From Acidobacteriota bacterium (GTDB lineage: Bacteria; Acidobacteriota; UBA890; WLXD01), in NCBI GenBank assembly GCA_965248695.1, contig CBDFKD010000002.1, positions 4,608,001-4,672,000 of the forward strand: a stretch of 64,000 nucleotides of DNA. Reading direction: 5' to 3'. A program made the position numbers and the translations under genes. Shown one piece after another: positions 61,904-64,000 of this stretch. Under the pieces are notes generated by a model that ran no database searches, was not told the DNA's origin, and was given only the letters and a program-made list of their open reading frames with translations. How positions within the stretch are numbered: position 1 is the first letter of the stretch; every line of letters begins with the position of its first letter.

Positions 61904-62619
61904 TTTCCTGACAGCGCGCGCTGGTCGGTACGTGTCGCGGGCAGCGTGTAGACATAGCCGATTCCGCGAATCGTCTTGATACGCTCGGCGCCACCTTGAC
62001 CGATACCGAGCTTACGGCGCAGGTTGCTGACGTGCATGTCGACGCTACGATCCAGAGCCGAGTACTCGCGGTCGAGCACATCCAGTGTCAGGCGCTCGCG
62101 CGACACCACCTTGCCGGCCGCTCGCATCAGCCGTTCCAGCACCTCGAACTCGACGGCGGTGAGATGAACCTCATCGCCGTCGCGTACGGCGGTGCGCGCG
62201 CCGACGTCGAGCCGCACGTCGCCGACCTCGAGCAGCAATCCATCGGAGGTGTCGCGCTCGTCGGCGCGGCGCAGAATCGCCCGAATTCTAGCCACCAGCT
62301 CGCGCGGGTTGAACGGCTTCGGTAGATAGTCGTCGGCGCCCATTTCGAGTCCGACGATGCGGTCGATGTCGTCGCCTCGGGCAGTGAGCATCAACACCGG
62401 TATCTGCGAGATGGACCGCAATCGGCGAAGAAGCTCGAAGCCGTTGATGCCCGGGAGCATGACGTCCAGCAAAACCATGGCGTAGTCGCCGGCAAGCGCC
62501 GCCTCCAGCCCGGCATCGCCGTCGCCAACGGCTTCGACCTCGAACCCCTCGGCGCGCACGTACTCGCTCACCAGCTCGTAGAGCTCGGCATCGTCGTCGA
62601 TTACCAGGATGCGCTGCAT
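61900..62619 (-). CDS. OmpR/CpxR-family response regulator
   Basis: ILVIDDD, LLDVMLPG, MLTARG, GADDYLPKPF, RSVDMHVSNLRRKL, IKTIRGIGY. Confidence 0.96.
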   Translation of the reverse strand: MQRILVIDDDAELYELVSEYVRAEGFEVEAVGDGDAGLEAALAGDYAMVLLDVMLPGINGFELLRRLRSISQIPVLMLTARGDDIDRIVGLEMGADDYLPKPFNPRELVARIRAILRRADERDTSDGLLLEVGDVRLDVGARTAVRDGDEVHLTAVEFEVLERLMRAAGKVVSRERLTLDVLDREYSALDRSVDMHVSNLRRKLGIGQGGAERIKTIRGIGYVYTLPATRTDQRALSGN

Positions 62620-62720
62620 GAACACAGCTCCGCCCAATCGCGTACGGTAGCAAGTCGTGAGCTTAGCATCGGATCTGCCGGCGGCGGCGCGAGACGTCGG
62701 TAAAGAAACGTAAGGAACCC

Positions 62721-64000
62721 ATGACGATACATAGCTCCGTGGGCTGTCTGGCGGTCACGTCTTTGTGTCTGTCCGGCCTGGTGCCGGGTGTCGGCGCCAA
62801 GGTGATCGATGCGACATCGAGCTTGTCGACCGCGGAACAGACGGATGGCGCCGAGATATTCTCCACCTCGTGCGCCGGTTGCCACAGCGCCGCCCAGAGC
62901 GGCCGCACGCCAGGGGCCTTCTCGCTCGCCCAGTTGTCACCGCGAGCGATCGTCGCGGCTCTCGAGGACGGCGTCATGCGCGCCGAGGGCGCCGAGCTGA
63001 CTGCCGAGCAGCGAGTGTTGGTGGCTGAGTTCCTCAGTCGCAGGCCGTACGCGACGGAATCGTTACCGGAGGCGGCGTTTTGCACCGATCGTGGGTTCGC
63101 ACCGCTCGATGTCGACGCCGTATCGTGGATGGGGTTTGGCGGCGACCCTGAAGGAACGGGGTTTCAGGCTGCCGAGCGCGCCGGCCTCGACGCGGCGGAC
63201 GTACCGCGCCTCGAGCTGCGATGGGCATTCGCGTTTCCCGATGTTGGCCAGGTGCGCACCAAGCCCACGGTCGCCGGCGAGATCGTCCTCGTCGGGGATC
63301 AACTCGGGGGCCTCTACGCCATCGAAGCAGCGACGGGGTGTGTCCGGTGGAGATTCGATGCCGACGCCGCCATCCGCGGCGCTGTTCTCTTGGACGAAGA
63401 CGCGGATGGCCGCTCGCTGGCCTACTTCGTCGATTTTCGCACCAGCGCCTATGCCCTCGATGTGGCCGCCGGGACGTTGGTCTGGAAGACCCGTGTCGGC
63501 TGGCATCCGGAGTCGAACAATACCGGCTCGCCGGCGCTGCACGACGGACGCCTGCTCATTCCGATCTCGACGATGGAGGTGGTTACCGCCGGCAATCCGG
63601 AATACGAGTGCTGCACGGCGTCCGGAGCCGTAGCTGCGCTCGATACGGCAACCGGCGATGTGCTCTGGTACCACCGCGTCATCCCCGACTATGCGGAAGA
63701 GGCGGGACGGAACGCCGCCGGCACCCAGCTCTACGCGCCGTCCGGTGCGCCGGTGTGGGCGAGTCCTACGCTCGACCTGGCCCGAGGGCTGGTGTACTTC
63801 GGCACCGGCGAGAACTACACGCATCCGAGTACCGACACCAGCGATGCCATTCTGGCCATCGACATGCAGACCGGCGAGGCGGCCTGGTCGTTTCAGGCTA
63901 CCGAAGCGGACGCTTTTACCATGGCCTGCATGACGGCGGAGAACCGCGACAACTGTCCGACGCCGATTGGTCCCGACCTCGACTTCGGCATGGCGCCCAT
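62721..64000 (+). CDS. Cytochrome c + PQQ-binding beta-propeller dehydrogenase (polyvinyl-alcohol-dehydrogenase-like), truncated by the window end
   Basis: Open frame to the window end (so absent from the ORF track): signal peptide, CAGCH heme motif, LELRWAFAF, YECC, PSGAPVWASP, YFGTGENY, GPDLDFG. Confidence 0.88.
   Translation, partial: MTIHSSVGCLAVTSLCLSGLVPGVGAKVIDATSSLSTAEQTDGAEIFSTSCAGCHSAAQSGRTPGAFSLAQLSPRAIVAALEDGVMRAEGAELTAEQRVLVAEFLSRRPYATESLPEAAFCTDRGFAPLDVDAVSWMGFGGDPEGTGFQAAERAGLDAADVPRLELRWAFAFPDVGQVRTKPTVAGEIVLVGDQLGGLYAIEAATGCVRWRFDADAAIRGAVLLDEDADGRSLAYFVDFRTSAYALDVAAGTLVWKTRVGWHPESNNTGSPALHDGRLLIPISTMEVVTAGNPEYECCTASGAVAALDTATGDVLWYHRVIPDYAEEAGRNAAGTQLYAPSGAPVWASPTLDLARGLVYFGTGENYTHPSTDTSDAILAIDMQTGEAAWSFQATEADAFTMACMTAENRDNCPTPIGPDLDFGMAP

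Overview
High-GC bacterial chromosomal window. An Acidobacteriota-like origin is inferred from gene content only. Housekeeping blocks: LeuA-like synthase, HU, der, IHF-MerR-tRNA-Pro(GGG)-surE, tRNA-Pro(CGG)-apt, nfuA, hflKC, carbamate kinase, and an OmpR/CpxA-like two-component pair. Two accessory features stand out. (1) An ~18 kb NRPS locus (20.7-38.1 kb) with architecture A-NMT-T-C-A-T-C-A-T-C and no thioesterase. Modules 1 and 3 carry near-identical duplicated A domains that differ at three substrate-pocket code positions, and module 2 has the Gln code. The NRPS is followed immediately by a transglutaminase-like (Cys-His-Asp) lipoprotein, then an MbtH + Ser/Thr kinase-TPR operon and a PPTase. 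(2) A 566-bp non-coding nested element (61338-61903) inserted at the CTAG of a response-regulator stop codon. It is an outer MITE with perfect 34-bp TIRs, containing an inner 277-bp MITE with unrelated perfect 32-bp TIRs. Both share the same architecture of two oppositely oriented hairpin-capped core motifs. A solo copy of the outer TIR sits 56 kb away, directly in front of an atypical amidinotransferase operon. Several frameshifts (1-bp insertions and microhomology-type deletions) may be assembly errors. All calls come from reading motifs by eye; no database searches were run.
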